Positions 9,457 through 19,205 of a stretch of 64,000 bases of DNA are shown here, piece by piece. Origin of the DNA: Candidatus Omnitrophota bacterium (GTDB lineage Bacteria; Omnitrophota; Gorgyraeia; Zapsychrales; Fredricksoniimonadaceae); contig CAILQW010000004.1 in NCBI GenBank assembly GCA_903836515.1, positions 5,036 to 69,035 on the forward strand, in the 5' to 3' direction. The notes under the pieces were generated by a model that had not been told where the DNA came from, made no database searches, and was given only the letters and a program-made list of their open reading frames with translations. Every line of letters starts with the position of its first letter. Position 1 is the stretch's first letter. Position numbers and translations under genes: made by a program.

Positions 9457-10428
9457 CTAGTAAATACACTCCGGGTCGAAATCCATGTAATCCCCGGTCT
9501 GGGCATACGCCCTGGCGCGGCAGCCGCCGCAAGAGGTCTTGTGCTGGCACCCGCCGCAATTACCGTTATAATCCCCCTGGCGCAATTCTTTGAACAAAGG
9601 ATGACTGCCCCACAGCGCGCTGAATTTATGGTCGCGCACATTCCCGACCTTGATGGGGAAATACGGACAGGGATGCACGTCGCCGTTAGGCAGGATGCAG
9701 CAATAACTGACGCCGGCCAGACACCCGCGCTGAAAACGTGTGGGCTGGTTCATGTCCTGCGCCAGCGGCACGAACTGGGGCGCGCACACCGGCTTCAGTT
9801 CGATAGGGACTTCCCGTTGTTTTTGCATGATCTTCTTGAGAAGCGCCTGATACTCCGCCGAAGGGATAACCGCGGCAAGGTCTTTGCCCCGGCCCGTGGG
9901 GACAAGAAAAAAAATGTGATGCGCCTTGGCCCCCAGCGTGACAGCCAGATCGGTGATCTTGGCCACATCTTTATAGTTATACGTCGTTACCGTGGTGTGG
10001 ATCTGAAAATCGAGGCCTTCATCCAGGCAGGCTTTCATCCCGGCCAGACTGCCCTTCCATGCCCCCGCGTACTGGCGGAAATCATCGTGTACCGCTTCAT
10101 CCGTACTGTCAAGGCTGATCCCCGCCCGTGTCAAGCCGGCGTCCTTGAGCCGGCGCGCCACCCCCCGGTCGATCATGATCCCGTTGGTCCCCAGGACCGG
10201 ACGAAGCCCGCGGGCTTTGGCATGCGCAATGAGGTCATACACATCCGCCCGCATCAGCGGTTCGCCGCCGCTGATGATCAGGATCTTGAATCCGGCCAGC
10301 GCGATCTCATCGATCAGGGCCTTGCCTTCCGCCGGGGTCAGCTCATCGGCTTCTTTGGTGCCGGCATCGCGGTAACAATGCAGGCATTTAAGCTGGCACG
10401 CCTTGGTGATATTCCATGAAATGATCAT
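9457..10428 (-). CDS. ahbD: radical SAM/SPASM enzyme, AhbD-like (Fe-coproporphyrin III to haem b)
   Basis: 323 aa, CQLKCLHC radical-SAM cluster motif near N-term, C-terminal Cys-rich SPASM region (CGGCQHKTSCGGC); context in Ahb cluster. Confidence 0.6.
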   Translation of the reverse strand: MIISWNITKACQLKCLHCYRDAGTKEADELTPAEGKALIDEIALAGFKILIISGGEPLMRADVYDLIAHAKARGLRPVLGTNGIMIDRGVARRLKDAGLTRAGISLDSTDEAVHDDFRQYAGAWKGSLAGMKACLDEGLDFQIHTTVTTYNYKDVAKITDLAVTLGAKAHHIFFLVPTGRGKDLAAVIPSAEYQALLKKIMQKQREVPIELKPVCAPQFVPLAQDMNQPTRFQRGCLAGVSYCCILPNGDVHPCPYFPIKVGNVRDHKFSALWGSHPLFKELRQGDYNGNCGGCQHKTSCGGCRARAYAQTGDYMDFDPECIY

Positions 10429-10429
10429 G

Positions 10430-11416
10430 TTACGTCTCCTTTAACCACCGCGCCGCATCACAAGCATGGTAACTGATAATAATACCGGCTCCCGCGCGCC
10501 TGATGGCCGTAAAGATCTCCAGAACTGTTTTCTTTTCATCCATCCAGCCGTTATGGGCCGCGGCCTTGACCATGGCATATTCGCCGCTCACATTGTACGC
10601 GGCCAAGGGGACGCTCACCTTGTCTTTGACCTGACGGATGATATCCAGATACGCCAGCGCCGGCTTGACCATGACAATATCCGCCCCCTCGCAAATATCC
10701 GCCGCCACCTCTTTGAGCGCGACCCCGGCATCGGCGGGATTCAACTGGTACGCGCTGCGGTCGCCGAATTGGGGCGCCGACAACGCCGCGTCGCGGAAGG
10801 GACCGTAAAACGCCGAAGCATATTTCACGCTGTACCCCATGATGGGGATATGCTGAAACCCGTCCTGGTCCAAGGCCGCACGGATGGCCGCGACCTGGCC
10901 GTGCATCATGGCCGACGGTGCCACCATATCAGCCCCGGCGCGGACCTGGGACAGCGCTGTGGCAACCAAAGACAACAAGGTTTGTTTCACATCAATGAAA
11001 TCCGATAGGGAGCCCGTGGCACCGCCGTTCTTGTAGGTTGGCTTCACAATGCCGCAATGGCCATGACTGGTATATTCACACAAACACACATCGGTAATAA
11101 CAAGGAGGCCCTTCACTGCCTTCTTGATAGCCCGCACGGCCTGCTGAACGATCCCCTCCGGCGCATAAGCACCTGTGCCCAACAGATCCTTGGCCGACGG
11201 GATCCCGAAAAGAATGACCGCGGCAACCCCGAGTTGTTGCGCGACAGCGACTTCCTTGACAAGGTTGTCGATCGACAACTGAAAAACACCAGGCATGGAC
11301 GTGACAGTATTCCTGATGCCCCTGCCTTCGACGACAAAATACGGCATGATCAACGCAAACCCTGATTTTCCGGCAGCCAGTTTCTTCACCAGGGAGCGGC
11401 GGGAGGATCGTGCCAT
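10430..11416 (-). CDS. hemB: porphobilinogen synthase (delta-aminolevulinate dehydratase)
   Basis: 328 aa, CLCEYTSHGHCG active-site/metal region, MVKPALAYLDII. Confidence 0.9.
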   Translation of the reverse strand: MARSSRRSLVKKLAAGKSGFALIMPYFVVEGRGIRNTVTSMPGVFQLSIDNLVKEVAVAQQLGVAAVILFGIPSAKDLLGTGAYAPEGIVQQAVRAIKKAVKGLLVITDVCLCEYTSHGHCGIVKPTYKNGGATGSLSDFIDVKQTLLSLVATALSQVRAGADMVAPSAMMHGQVAAIRAALDQDGFQHIPIMGYSVKYASAFYGPFRDAALSAPQFGDRSAYQLNPADAGVALKEVAADICEGADIVMVKPALAYLDIIRQVKDKVSVPLAAYNVSGEYAMVKAAAHNGWMDEKKTVLEIFTAIRRAGAGIIISYHACDAARWLKET

Positions 11417-11417
11417 G

Positions 11418-12599
11418 TCAGACAGCTTTCACCGGAGGTGTTTGCGTTTCAAAAACTTCCTTGTCCGTCAGATAACACGCCGGATCATCCGCCCACACAT
11501 CCCCGGTGGCCGCCCAGGCACGGACCCGTAAATTGCCGTTACAGATATCCAGAAATTTACAACGCGGGCATCGGCCTTTCAGGAAAGGCTGACGGTCCTT
11601 CAGCCTGGCCATGAGCTCGTTGGAAGTGTCCATCCAGATGTCGCCAAACTTCCTCATCCTCACATTGCCGAAAGACACCTTCTGCCAGAATTGATCGGCA
11701 TGCACATGCCCCTCATTATCGATGTTGGAAATGCCCACGCCCGAAGCATTGCCGCCATTGGCGCGCAGCAAATGATAGATCGCCTCCGCCCTGACCGGGT
11801 CCTCGCGTTTGACTTTCAAATACAAATACGCCCCGTCGGCATGATTATCGACGGTCAGCACTTCCTTGCCGATGCCGCGCTTTTTGAGCGAAAGGACCCA
11901 GTCATAGATCTGGTCGATCGCGCGGCGGGTGTCTTCCAGGCCAAGATCGTTTGGTTTGAGGTCCGACCCGCGGCCCGAATAGGCCAAATGATAAAAACAA
12001 ATGCGGTTGACGGCTTCTTTCTCGACAAGATCGAACAAGCGCGGGATATCGCGGTAATTGTGCCCGGTGATGGTGAAACGCAGGCCTACCTTCTGCCCGA
12101 CATCCACAAGATTCCGGACACCGCTTAACGCCGCGTCAAACGCCCCGATCTTGCCGCGGAAACGGTCGTTATTCTCGCCGATACCGTCCAGGCTGACACC
12201 GATGTATTCAAAACCCGTGTCCTTGATCCTGCGCGCCATCCGGGGGGTGATCAACGTGCCGTTGGTCGAGATCACGGTGCGCAGGCCCCGCTCCCGGGCA
12301 TAGGTGTTCAGTTCAAAGAGATCCTCGCGCATCAACGGCTCGCCGCCCGAGAACAAAAGGACCGGCACATTAAAATCCTTCAGGTCACGGATCATGGCCC
12401 TGGCTTCATCTGTCGTCAATTCCCCGGCATAGGCGGTGTCGCGGGAGTCCGCATAGCAATGCACACAATTGAGGTTGCACCGGCGTGAACAATTCCATAC
12501 CGCGATGGGACGTCGCTGGGAAGCATCCTTGGAACGGCGGTAACGCAAATTATCGCCGTAAGAAGTGATATCGTTTAACAGCCCGCTAAAACTGATCAT
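11418..12599 (-). CDS. ahbC: radical SAM/SPASM enzyme, AhbC/NirJ-like (12,18-didecarboxysiroheme deacetylase)
   Basis: 393 aa, CNLNCVHC radical-SAM motif, SPASM C-term (CPRCKFLDIC); context. Confidence 0.65.
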   Translation of the reverse strand: MISFSGLLNDITSYGDNLRYRRSKDASQRRPIAVWNCSRRCNLNCVHCYADSRDTAYAGELTTDEARAMIRDLKDFNVPVLLFSGGEPLMREDLFELNTYARERGLRTVISTNGTLITPRMARRIKDTGFEYIGVSLDGIGENNDRFRGKIGAFDAALSGVRNLVDVGQKVGLRFTITGHNYRDIPRLFDLVEKEAVNRICFYHLAYSGRGSDLKPNDLGLEDTRRAIDQIYDWVLSLKKRGIGKEVLTVDNHADGAYLYLKVKREDPVRAEAIYHLLRANGGNASGVGISNIDNEGHVHADQFWQKVSFGNVRMRKFGDIWMDTSNELMARLKDRQPFLKGRCPRCKFLDICNGNLRVRAWAATGDVWADDPACYLTDKEVFETQTPPVKAV

Positions 12600-14137
12600 G
12601 CCGCGACTCTTTTCTGTTGCCTGTAATAATCCACCAGGGCCTGGGTCACGCCTTCCATGGTGTACTCCCGGCTCTCGACGGAAACAGGAATGCCGGCCTG
12701 GCGCGCGGTGGCCGCACTGACAGGCCCTATCGCGGCAATCACCACATCTTTAGTCATTTTCCGGCGTTCGTCCTTACCAAAAACACCGGCGAAACTCTCA
12801 ACGCATGAAGAACTGGTCAACACCACCGCATCGATGGTGCCGGCTAAAAACATTTTCCTGACGCGGCTATGGTTGGCCATCAACGGTTCGGCCTTGTAAA
12901 GATCCAGCGTGTCGAGCGCCATGCCTGAAGCCTTCAGGGCCTGCTCCAGGACCGGACGGCTTCCCGCGGCATGCACCAGGAGCACACGGGACTTGCGGGG
13001 CACTTCCTTGATGATGACCTTGGCGAGCGCCTCCTGCACAAAATCCCGGGGCACCAGGGCCACGGGGATCCCGTTCTTTTTCAGATGGTCTGCCGTTTTC
13101 TGCCCGATGGCCGCGAATTTCTTGCCTTCTAAGACCGACGGACTGATCTTGTAACGGCGCATCATCCCGAGGAACACATCGACCCCGTTGGCACTGGTAA
13201 AAACGAGCCATGGATAGGCGTCAAGTCCCTTGAGCACACTTTTGATCCGGGCCGTATCGCGGGAAGGAACGATCTTGATAAGCGGGACAGCGGCCACTTT
13301 GGCCCCCTGGCGTTCAAGCAGGCATTGGAGCGCACCTGCCTGATGCGCGGGGCGGGTCACCAAAATCCGTTTTCCCTCCAAAGGGCGCTGCGGCTTGAAC
13401 CAGTCAAGTTTCCGGCGCAAGTTAACCACCTGGCCGATCACGATGATGGCCGGGGCTTTCATCCCCGATGCCTTGACCCGGCTGACGATATTGGCCAGCG
13501 TCCCGGTCACCACCATCTGATCGGGGCGCGTGCCGTTGCTGATCAAGGCCACAGGTGTTCTTGACGCCTGAGGGGTTGTGCCGATCTGCCGGACGATCTT
13601 GTCAAGATTCCCGAACCCCATCAGGATGACCAGCGTTGCATTCTTGTCGAGGAGTTTTTTCCACGGGATAACGGCCTTGCCCTTGTCCGGGGTTTCATGA
13701 CCTGTCACAATATTGACGCGTGAGGCCACATGACGGTACGTGACAGGGATCCCCGCATACGCCGGCACCGCATAGGCGGAACTGACACCCGGGACGATCT
13801 CGAAAGACACTTTCGCCCTGAAGAGCTCCAGCGCCTCTTCCGCGCCGCGGCCAAAAAGGAGCGGGTCGCCGCCTTTCAACCGCACCACCTTCTTCCCCTG
13901 CCTGGCCTTGGCCACCAGAATACGGTTAGTCTCCTGCTGGGCGAGAATATGATTGCCCGCGAATTTTCCGGCAAAAATGATCTCGGCCTTTGCCGGGGCA
14001 AATGACAGAAGCTCGGGGTTGACCAGCTGGTCATACACGATGACATCCGCCGCCTTGAGGCTCTCGACCGCCTTGAGCGTCACAAGGCCCATGTCACCGG
14101 GACCTGCACCGACGAGAAGAACTTTTCCTGGTTTCAT
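12596..14137 (-). CDS. cobA-hemD: bifunctional uroporphyrinogen-III C-methyltransferase / uroporphyrinogen-III synthase
   Basis: Likely start MKPGKVLLVGAGPGD (AGGTGA RBS); N-terminal SUMT domain then HemD domain; track ORF N-extension rejected. Confidence 0.85.
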   Translation of the reverse strand: MKPGKVLLVGAGPGDMGLVTLKAVESLKAADVIVYDQLVNPELLSFAPAKAEIIFAGKFAGNHILAQQETNRILVAKARQGKKVVRLKGGDPLLFGRGAEEALELFRAKVSFEIVPGVSSAYAVPAYAGIPVTYRHVASRVNIVTGHETPDKGKAVIPWKKLLDKNATLVILMGFGNLDKIVRQIGTTPQASRTPVALISNGTRPDQMVVTGTLANIVSRVKASGMKAPAIIVIGQVVNLRRKLDWFKPQRPLEGKRILVTRPAHQAGALQCLLERQGAKVAAVPLIKIVPSRDTARIKSVLKGLDAYPWLVFTSANGVDVFLGMMRRYKISPSVLEGKKFAAIGQKTADHLKKNGIPVALVPRDFVQEALAKVIIKEVPRKSRVLLVHAAGSRPVLEQALKASGMALDTLDLYKAEPLMANHSRVRKMFLAGTIDAVVLTSSSCVESFAGVFGKDERRKMTKDVVIAAIGPVSAATARQAGIPVSVESREYTMEGVTQALVDYYRQQKRVAA

Positions 14138-14166
14138 ATACGCATCACCTAATATATTTTTTATGA

Positions 14167-14187
14167 GGGCGGGTCTTAGACCCGCCC
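14167..14187. repeat. REP-like GC-rich palindrome, copy 1 (GGGCGGGTCTTAGACCCGCCC)
   Basis: Perfect palindrome in cobA/hemD-hemC intergenic, followed by CTAC. Confidence 0.6.
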
Positions 14188-14240
14188 CTACACACCATGG
14201 GATACATCCATCACGGCATACCTGGGCCACTCACATGTAC

Positions 14241-14261
14241 GGGCGGATCTTAGACCCGCCC
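14241..14261. repeat. REP-like GC-rich palindrome, copy 2 (GGGCGGATCTTAGACCCGCCC)
   Basis: One-mismatch variant 54 nt from copy 1, abutting hemC stop. Confidence 0.6.
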
Positions 14262-14267
14262 CTGCCT

Positions 14268-15197
14268 TCAATAGGGACTTTTCAACGCCGCCCTGATCCA
14301 GGCCCCATCAGAATCCAGAAGTTCTATGGCCAGCCTTTGGCCCAAGGATTCCGCATCATGGATAGCCCCTGCCGCAACCCGCCGGATCATTTTCTTCCCG
14401 TCGGGTTCAACAACCTGGCCTGTCAGCTGAAGCGTGCCATCGGCAATCTCCGCCAAAGCACCGACAGGAAGACTACACCCGCCGCCCAGGTTTTTCAAGA
14501 ATGATCTTTCGGCGGTAATCGCCGCCCTGGTCGGCGCATGGTCGAACTTCCGGACAACGGCCTCAAGACGGCTGTCACCCTCGCGGATCTCCAGGGCCAA
14601 GGCCCCCTGGCAGGGCGCGGGCAGCATGATATCCAGCGGCATCCGCTCGGTAATAAGCTTCTCCTGGCCCAGACGCACCATACCGGCACAGGCAATCACC
14701 AACGCATCCACCTCACCGGACTGGAGTTTGCGCAGGCGTGTATCCACATTGCCCCGCAGCTCAACCACTTTAAGATCAGGCCGTGCCAGAAGGACCTGCG
14801 CCCGGCGCCGCACACTGCTGGTGCCCACACAAGACCCGGCCTTAAGGCCATGGAACCCGGCGCCATCCCTTGACACAAAAGCATCGCGGGAATCTTCACG
14901 CTCACCCACCGCACCCAGGGTGAGCCCTGGGCGGATATCGCAGGGCATGTCCTTGAGGCTGTGAACCCCCAGGTCGATCTCACCCCGCAACAGCGCCTCC
15001 TCGATCTCCTTCACAAAAATGCCCTGGTGGCTGAAAAGCGCTGCAGGGTCCATGGACCGGTCGCCCGCGGTTGAAATGGTCTTTAACGCGAAGGCATGCT
15101 CAGGGAAAAATTTTTCTAAAATAGAAATGACATGCTGCGTCTGGGTAAGCGACAGCTGGCTTTTCCGGGCGCCCACAATAATTTTCTTGTCACTCAT
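14268..15197 (-). CDS. hemC: hydroxymethylbilane synthase (porphobilinogen deaminase)
   Basis: MSDKKIIVGARKSQLSLTQTQHV..., RGNVDTRLRKL, dipyrromethane Cys region (LGGGCSLPVG); start chosen at AGGTGGA-preceded ATG. Confidence 0.9.
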   Translation of the reverse strand: MSDKKIIVGARKSQLSLTQTQHVISILEKFFPEHAFALKTISTAGDRSMDPAALFSHQGIFVKEIEEALLRGEIDLGVHSLKDMPCDIRPGLTLGAVGEREDSRDAFVSRDGAGFHGLKAGSCVGTSSVRRRAQVLLARPDLKVVELRGNVDTRLRKLQSGEVDALVIACAGMVRLGQEKLITERMPLDIMLPAPCQGALALEIREGDSRLEAVVRKFDHAPTRAAITAERSFLKNLGGGCSLPVGALAEIADGTLQLTGQVVEPDGKKMIRRVAAGAIHDAESLGQRLAIELLDSDGAWIRAALKSPY

Positions 15198-15248
15198 AAA
15201 TGTATCCACCTGGAACAACGACCCGTCGATCTTGGCCGATGTTTGTTT

Positions 15249-15269
15249 GGGCGGGTTTGAAACCCGCCC
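15249..15269. repeat. REP-like GC-rich palindrome, copy 3 (GGGCGGGTTTGAAACCCGCCC)
   Basis: Same arms, different loop, immediately after sirC stop codon. Confidence 0.6.
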
Positions 15270-15911
15270 CTACTTTTCATGCAGGATTTCATATAACAAT
15301 ACCTTTGCCTTGGCCTCCTTACCGGCCAAGACAAGGTCTAAAATCTTCGAATCCATGAGCTTGCGATGGATTGCCTTGCGCTGCGGGATCGTGGCATACT
15401 GACGCTTGATCCGTGTACGGACCGCCCCGAGCATCCGGACAAATTCCCCGTGCGCCAGCGTCAGGCATTGCTCGCACTGTTGCCTCAACTTCTGGGCAAA
15501 CATCGGGCTCTGGCCGCCGGTGGATATCCCCAGGACCAACGGTCCTCTTTTGACCACCGATGGCACAATGAAGGTGCACAGCTCCGGCACATCCACCACA
15601 TTGACAAGGATGTTTTGGACCGCAGCATCTTTAAAAACAACCCGGTTGACCAAAGGATCGTCCGTCGCGGCAATGGCCAGGCAGCAGCCCTTGAGCTGTT
15701 TCTTGTGATATTTTCCATGGATATGAATGATCCTGCCCGAACGGACAGACGGCGCCAGCATCCTGTCAATCTGCGGAGACACCACGGTGACCCGGGCACC
15801 AAAGGCCATAAGCGTCCTGGCCTTGCGGCAGGCCACCTTCCCCCCGCCCACAACCAGGCACTTTTTGCCATTCAGATCGAGATTGACCGGATAATACACT
15901 TTAGAGCTCAT
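15270..15911 (-). CDS. sirC: precorrin-2 dehydrogenase / sirohydrochlorin ferrochelatase (Met8/SirC/CysG-N-like)
   Basis: YYPVNLDLNGKKCLVVGGGKVACRKA Rossmann motif typical of siroheme synthase N-domain. Confidence 0.75.
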   Translation of the reverse strand: MSSKVYYPVNLDLNGKKCLVVGGGKVACRKARTLMAFGARVTVVSPQIDRMLAPSVRSGRIIHIHGKYHKKQLKGCCLAIAATDDPLVNRVVFKDAAVQNILVNVVDVPELCTFIVPSVVKRGPLVLGISTGGQSPMFAQKLRQQCEQCLTLAHGEFVRMLGAVRTRIKRQYATIPQRKAIHRKLMDSKILDLVLAGKEAKAKVLLYEILHEK

Positions 15912-15932
15912 GGGCATCCCCGAATTGTGAAA

Positions 15933-15956
15933 ATCCCCGGCCGTAAGGCCGGGGAT
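15933..15956 (-). terminator. intrinsic terminator after the beta-barrel OMP gene
   Basis: atccccggcc-gtaa-ggccggggat perfect 10-bp GC stem with tetraloop, followed on minus strand by UUUCACAAUU. Confidence 0.5.
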
Positions 15957-15994
15957 TGAAATCACCCGACACCCGGACACTCAAGGCGCCTCTG

Positions 15995-18043
15995 TTACCA
16001 CTTCACATCCACATCGAGCCAGACAACATGCGCGCTGTAATTTCCCGTCGACACGCCTTCAAAATTACGGAAAGCATAATAAGCATAATGCGGTTCGATG
16101 GTCAGATTCTTTTTAGGGACCCACTTGATGCCATTGTCAATGTCATACCATTCCTCATCCACCCCCAGGAGCATGGGCCCCATGGCCGACAAGGTTGTCG
16201 TGATGCTTTTTCCGTCAACATTGGTCGGGTTCTTGGCCCTGGAATATTCCAGGTTGTTGAAGAAAATGAAATTCTCCGTTGGCGCATAACTGGTACTCAA
16301 CGCCCAGGTATACACGTTGGCGGTATACGCCGGCGGCGCTGTCACCAACTGGGATCCGATCCCGCCCGTCTTGGACAACTGCAGGGCATATGACAGGTTG
16401 AACATCAGCTGATCCGTTGGGGTCAGCGTCACCCCGTAAACAAAATCACGCTCGCTGCCAGGCATCTTGACAGAATCATAGTCAAGCTGCTGGAGATGAT
16501 ACGTATTCATGGCGGCCTTGACCTTGAAGGAATTCTCCAGCCACTTAAACGGCCTCCAGGCCAGGCGTGTGGAAAGATCGTCGGACGTCGTATTTAACTT
16601 GTTGATATAAATGGCGCTGTCGCCGGTGACCTGATCGTTCTTGTCTTTCTTTTCACTGTGTTTTAACTCGGTGGTCACCGTCACTTTATTAACGGGCGTA
16701 ATGCGCATGCCGAGGGTCGCCGCACTCGCGGGCACACGGTTAACATTTTCCGCATACTCGGTGGGTAACAGCAGGGATTTCCAGTTGCGTTCCTGGCTCA
16801 GATCAAGGTCCGCGTAAAGACTGGTGCGGGGCACCCCGGCATACCTTAATGAAAAACTTTCCCCGGAGCTGGTCACTTTATTTTCATTCGCCTGGTAGGC
16901 ATCAGCGGTAGCCACCTGGGAAATATTCAGGGAATAGACATCGCTGGTGCCATAACTGCTCTTTAGCTCACCTTTAAACCTGGAAATAAACGTCAGCTTG
17001 TCCGTTAAATTGGACAGCATCATCCCGGTCAACGTATGCGTATTCTGGATGTTCTGCGCCACGCCGTTCCTGAATGTCCCGCCCGTCACAAAGCCTGCCG
17101 GCGTAAAATTCCCGGCGCTGGTATAATCCCTGGCGGCATACAGCATGGAATTGCGCAAATGCCCGAAATGATACCCGAAAGAAATATAACTCTTATCATT
17201 TAACGTCCAGCGCTCCGCCCGCAAAGTAGAGGACAACTCTTTGGTCTGGGGTGTCTCTGTCCTGCGGATGATCTCATTCTCCAGGGCCGCGCCAGTACTG
17301 CCATATATCTGTTCCTGACGCGTGTTGTTGGCTTTAAAGAACACATACTTCTCTTCGCCTTTGACCTTAAAACCGTACACATCCGCCTTGCCTTTAACGG
17401 TCACGGTATCTGTGGTCTCATCGTTACGGACAAAGACCGGGGCGATCTTCTTGCGATTCACCGTGGTGTTACCGCTAAAAGCATAATCTTTAACATAACC
17501 CCATGTCGTGCTGTCTTTGGTGCCGTTCTTGGTATCGCGCTCATACGCCAAACTGAGGTCGGCATTATCCGCAGAACCTTTCCCGACTTCAAACGCAAAA
17601 TGACCGAGGTCCATCTGCAGATCCTGGTTCAATGTGTGCAGGTTCATCCCTGCGGAAGGGAACGGATAATACCCGCCCCTGTTTTCATAATACTTGCGGA
17701 AAGAATCGTAATGGACTTTCACATACCCGACATTGTCCTTGGTGATGAGCATGCACCCGGCATAATCAGCATCACCGACCATGCCATTGCCGTCAAAAGA
17801 AACTGTAACATCCTTCCCGGGCTTGGCATCGAGCATCAATTCCCTGATACCTGACTGGGCACCGTCTTTGGTCCAGTTCATGGCCCGGAATTTCGACAGG
17901 TCGCCTTTAACAAAAGCAGTCTGCACGGGTGTCAATGCCAAAAGAACAGTGCTTTCCTGGGCATGCACAGGCAGGCACCACCCCGCCAGGACCACGCCTG
18001 CCACCACATACCTGCTTAACTTGACAAAAAAGTGATATTGCAT
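15995..18043 (-). CDS. large outer-membrane beta-barrel protein (putative porin of a porin-cytochrome conduit; MtrB/PioB/OmbB-like by size and context)
   Basis: ~683 aa, signal peptide MQYHFFVKLSRYVVAGVVLAGWCLPVHAQE, alternating amphipathic strands, C-terminal ...VWLDVDVKW aromatic terminus; start 15 nt after stop of octahaem gene with GGGGGA RBS. Confidence 0.55.
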   Translation of the reverse strand: MQYHFFVKLSRYVVAGVVLAGWCLPVHAQESTVLLALTPVQTAFVKGDLSKFRAMNWTKDGAQSGIRELMLDAKPGKDVTVSFDGNGMVGDADYAGCMLITKDNVGYVKVHYDSFRKYYENRGGYYPFPSAGMNLHTLNQDLQMDLGHFAFEVGKGSADNADLSLAYERDTKNGTKDSTTWGYVKDYAFSGNTTVNRKKIAPVFVRNDETTDTVTVKGKADVYGFKVKGEEKYVFFKANNTRQEQIYGSTGAALENEIIRRTETPQTKELSSTLRAERWTLNDKSYISFGYHFGHLRNSMLYAARDYTSAGNFTPAGFVTGGTFRNGVAQNIQNTHTLTGMMLSNLTDKLTFISRFKGELKSSYGTSDVYSLNISQVATADAYQANENKVTSSGESFSLRYAGVPRTSLYADLDLSQERNWKSLLLPTEYAENVNRVPASAATLGMRITPVNKVTVTTELKHSEKKDKNDQVTGDSAIYINKLNTTSDDLSTRLAWRPFKWLENSFKVKAAMNTYHLQQLDYDSVKMPGSERDFVYGVTLTPTDQLMFNLSYALQLSKTGGIGSQLVTAPPAYTANVYTWALSTSYAPTENFIFFNNLEYSRAKNPTNVDGKSITTTLSAMGPMLLGVDEEWYDIDNGIKWVPKKNLTIEPHYAYYAFRNFEGVSTGNYSAHVVWLDVDVKW

Positions 18044-18057
18044 CACCGTCCCCCTTT

Positions 18058-18849
18058 TTAATACGTAAATTTCGACGCAAAATTTGACCCGTGCGGCTTT
18101 GTATGGCAAGTCCAGCAGGCCCCGGAACGCTTCATATTGTTCGTATGATCGTCATCTTCAACCAATGTCGGGAAGTTAGCCTGGGCATGACATTTCAGGC
18201 ACAGATTAAAATCCCGGGCCAAGAGCATTTTGGCGTTGATGGAACCATGCACCTTGTGGCAGGTGGTGCAGCCTTCGCGCATGGCCGGATGCTCATACAC
18301 AAAAGGCCCCTGCTGATCCTTGTGGCACTTGAAACAGACTTCATTGGGGCCTTCCATGGATGTGGCAGACCATGGCTTGGCATCTTCACTGTGCATGTTA
18401 TGGCAATCGGTGCAGCTCATCTTGCCCTCTAACACGGGGTGATGATTGGGAAGACGGAATTCCATCTTTTTTTCCATATGACAGGTGAAACAAATCGTGG
18501 GATCTTTCTTGGGATTGATGATGGCGTTCCCCTTGCCGCCACCATTCTCCGCATGGATGCTGCCCGGTCCATGACAGATCTCGCACCCGTTGGCCTCATC
18601 CGTGCTGCCCTTGCCCGCGATCTTGGCGTGCGGAGAAAGTTTGAACGTCTTTCCCTGATCCTCGTGACAGCTGAGGCAGGTTTCCGTCCCCACATACGTC
18701 GCGCCCTTTTGGGACACGGCCAGGGGCTTCTGCTCCACCAGCGCCTGCGCGGGTGTTATGCCTCCGGCGCAAGGAACCAGACAGAACAGCACAAGGCCTA
18801 AAAACGCAGCTTGGGTAAAACGCAGGAAAAGAAACCTTTTGGCTTTCAT
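18058..18849 (-). CDS. octahaem c-type cytochrome (periplasmic or lipoprotein)
   Basis: 8 CxxCH motifs (CLSCH CEICH CFTCH CTDCH CFKCH CTTCH CLKCH CWTCH); signal peptide MKAKRFLFL...LVPCAGG (possible lipobox); AAGGAGG upstream. Confidence 0.8.
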   Translation of the reverse strand: MKAKRFLFLRFTQAAFLGLVLFCLVPCAGGITPAQALVEQKPLAVSQKGATYVGTETCLSCHEDQGKTFKLSPHAKIAGKGSTDEANGCEICHGPGSIHAENGGGKGNAIINPKKDPTICFTCHMEKKMEFRLPNHHPVLEGKMSCTDCHNMHSEDAKPWSATSMEGPNEVCFKCHKDQQGPFVYEHPAMREGCTTCHKVHGSINAKMLLARDFNLCLKCHAQANFPTLVEDDDHTNNMKRSGACWTCHTKPHGSNFASKFTY

Positions 18850-18866
18850 AAGCCTCCTTCGATGTG

Positions 18867-19175
18867 TTATTTTTTGAAATCTTCGATCTTGCCCACGTGC
18901 GTATAGGTATCTGTCGTCGGTTCGACTTCTTTCACAGCCTCTTTCCCTGCCTGCGCCAGAACTGCCTTGCCGTAAGCGTTCCATTCATGCGCCCCATCGT
19001 CTTTCTTGGGGATCTTGTCCACATGGCAATCGATGCACTTGACACTGGCGCCGGGAAATGCCTCTTTGTACTTCTTCATTTCTTCAACATTGGCCCGTGC
19101 GGGAGCGCTGAAGGTTATCCCCCCTGCCAAAACCGTAAGCAATATGATCGTTACCTTCACATGTTGGGTGACCAT
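18867..19175 (-). CDS. monohaem c-type cytochrome, secreted
   Basis: 102 aa, signal peptide, single CIDCH. Confidence 0.65.
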   Translation of the reverse strand: MVTQHVKVTIILLTVLAGGITFSAPARANVEEMKKYKEAFPGASVKCIDCHVDKIPKKDDGAHEWNAYGKAVLAQAGKEAVKEVEPTTDTYTHVGKIEDFKK

Positions 19176-19205
19176 AGGATTCCTTTTTTATGATGGGTTA
19201 CAGGC

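Noticed and set aside
9364-10419. 351-aa plus-strand ORF fully antisense to the ahbD-like radical SAM gene
   Set aside because: Arg/Gly/Pro-rich, no motifs; typical chance antisense frame in GC-rich coding DNA. The same applies to 36824-37954, 39263-40573, 57461-58819, 59870-60997 and the other long antisense ORFs in the track.
14138-14230. N-terminal extension of cobA-hemD ORF (MAQVCRDGCIPW...)
   Set aside because: Internal ATG at MKPGKVLLVGAGPGD has an AGGTGA RBS and matches the conserved SUMT N-terminus; the extension overlaps REP-like palindromes.
18850-18984. N-terminal extension of octahaem cytochrome ORF (MERLRQGSSG...) overlapping the monohaem gene
   Set aside because: The extension would overlap the upstream cytochrome gene; the internal start gives a proper signal peptide and AAGGAGG RBS.
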